From assembly GCA_964016885.1 (NCBI GenBank), contig OZ024744.1, positions 71,734,001 through 71,798,000 of the forward strand: a stretch of 64,000 bases of DNA, read 5' to 3'. This stretch comes from Eledone cirrhosa. Its lineage: Eukaryota. A program made the position numbers and the translations under genes. Positions 63,824-64,000 of this stretch are shown one piece after another (position 1 is the first letter of the stretch; the number at the start of each line of letters is the position of its first letter). The notes beneath the pieces are model-generated. The model did no database searches and was not told the origin of the DNA. It worked only from the letters and a program-made list of their open reading frames with translations.

Positions 63824-63975
63824 ACACTGGAAGGTAATATCCGTAATGGTAGAGCACTCAGTCCATGGGACGAGTTAGGTAGAAGTGGTAACACAACAGT
63901 TAGTTCACCATACCGAGAACAGTTGTTTCACCTTAGCGGATCTTCTGCTCGTACTGGTCATGGTTATACGGAACA
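63822..63975 (-). mobile_element. Additional pLTR fragment of the same Penelope family
   Basis: Matches the reverse complement of 63135-63285. Confidence 0.88.
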
Positions 63976-64000
63976 GCATATATATATATGGTGATGTCCA

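Overview
This is AT-rich, microsatellite-dense eukaryotic DNA, most likely an octopus or other cephalopod (inferred from the SINE type and repeat landscape). I found no supportable host protein-coding gene, and almost all short ORFs in the track are translations of microsatellites. The window consists mainly of retroelements and DNA transposons. (1) A ~13-kb head-to-tail array of Tx1/L1-clade LINEs (23.7-36.6 kb) is interleaved with a tRNA-derived SINE that shares the LINE 3' end and its (ATT)n target. A second Tx1 family sits in (TCTA)n tracts. (2) There is one near-complete RTE LINE plus RTE, CRE-like, mariner, hAT, Tigger-like and Helitron remnants. (3) Three Penelope-like element (PLE) remnants are present, two Naiad-like and one Neptune-like. 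The strongest hidden signal is about 18 type-I hammerhead ribozyme (HHR) motifs, read by eye, from about 11 unrelated sequence families. Three families lie in PLE pseudo-LTRs. The other eight are short non-coding units of ~100-470 nt, mostly bounded by (TA)n and often arranged as tandem monomers or fold-back palindromes. Nearly all have a palindromic stem III, several have a very long stem II, and one shows a compensatory U3-A8 core pair. Together they look like a diverse retrozyme-like system of PLE-mobilised self-cleaving RNAs. Coordinates of decayed repeats are approximate (about +/-10-20 nt).
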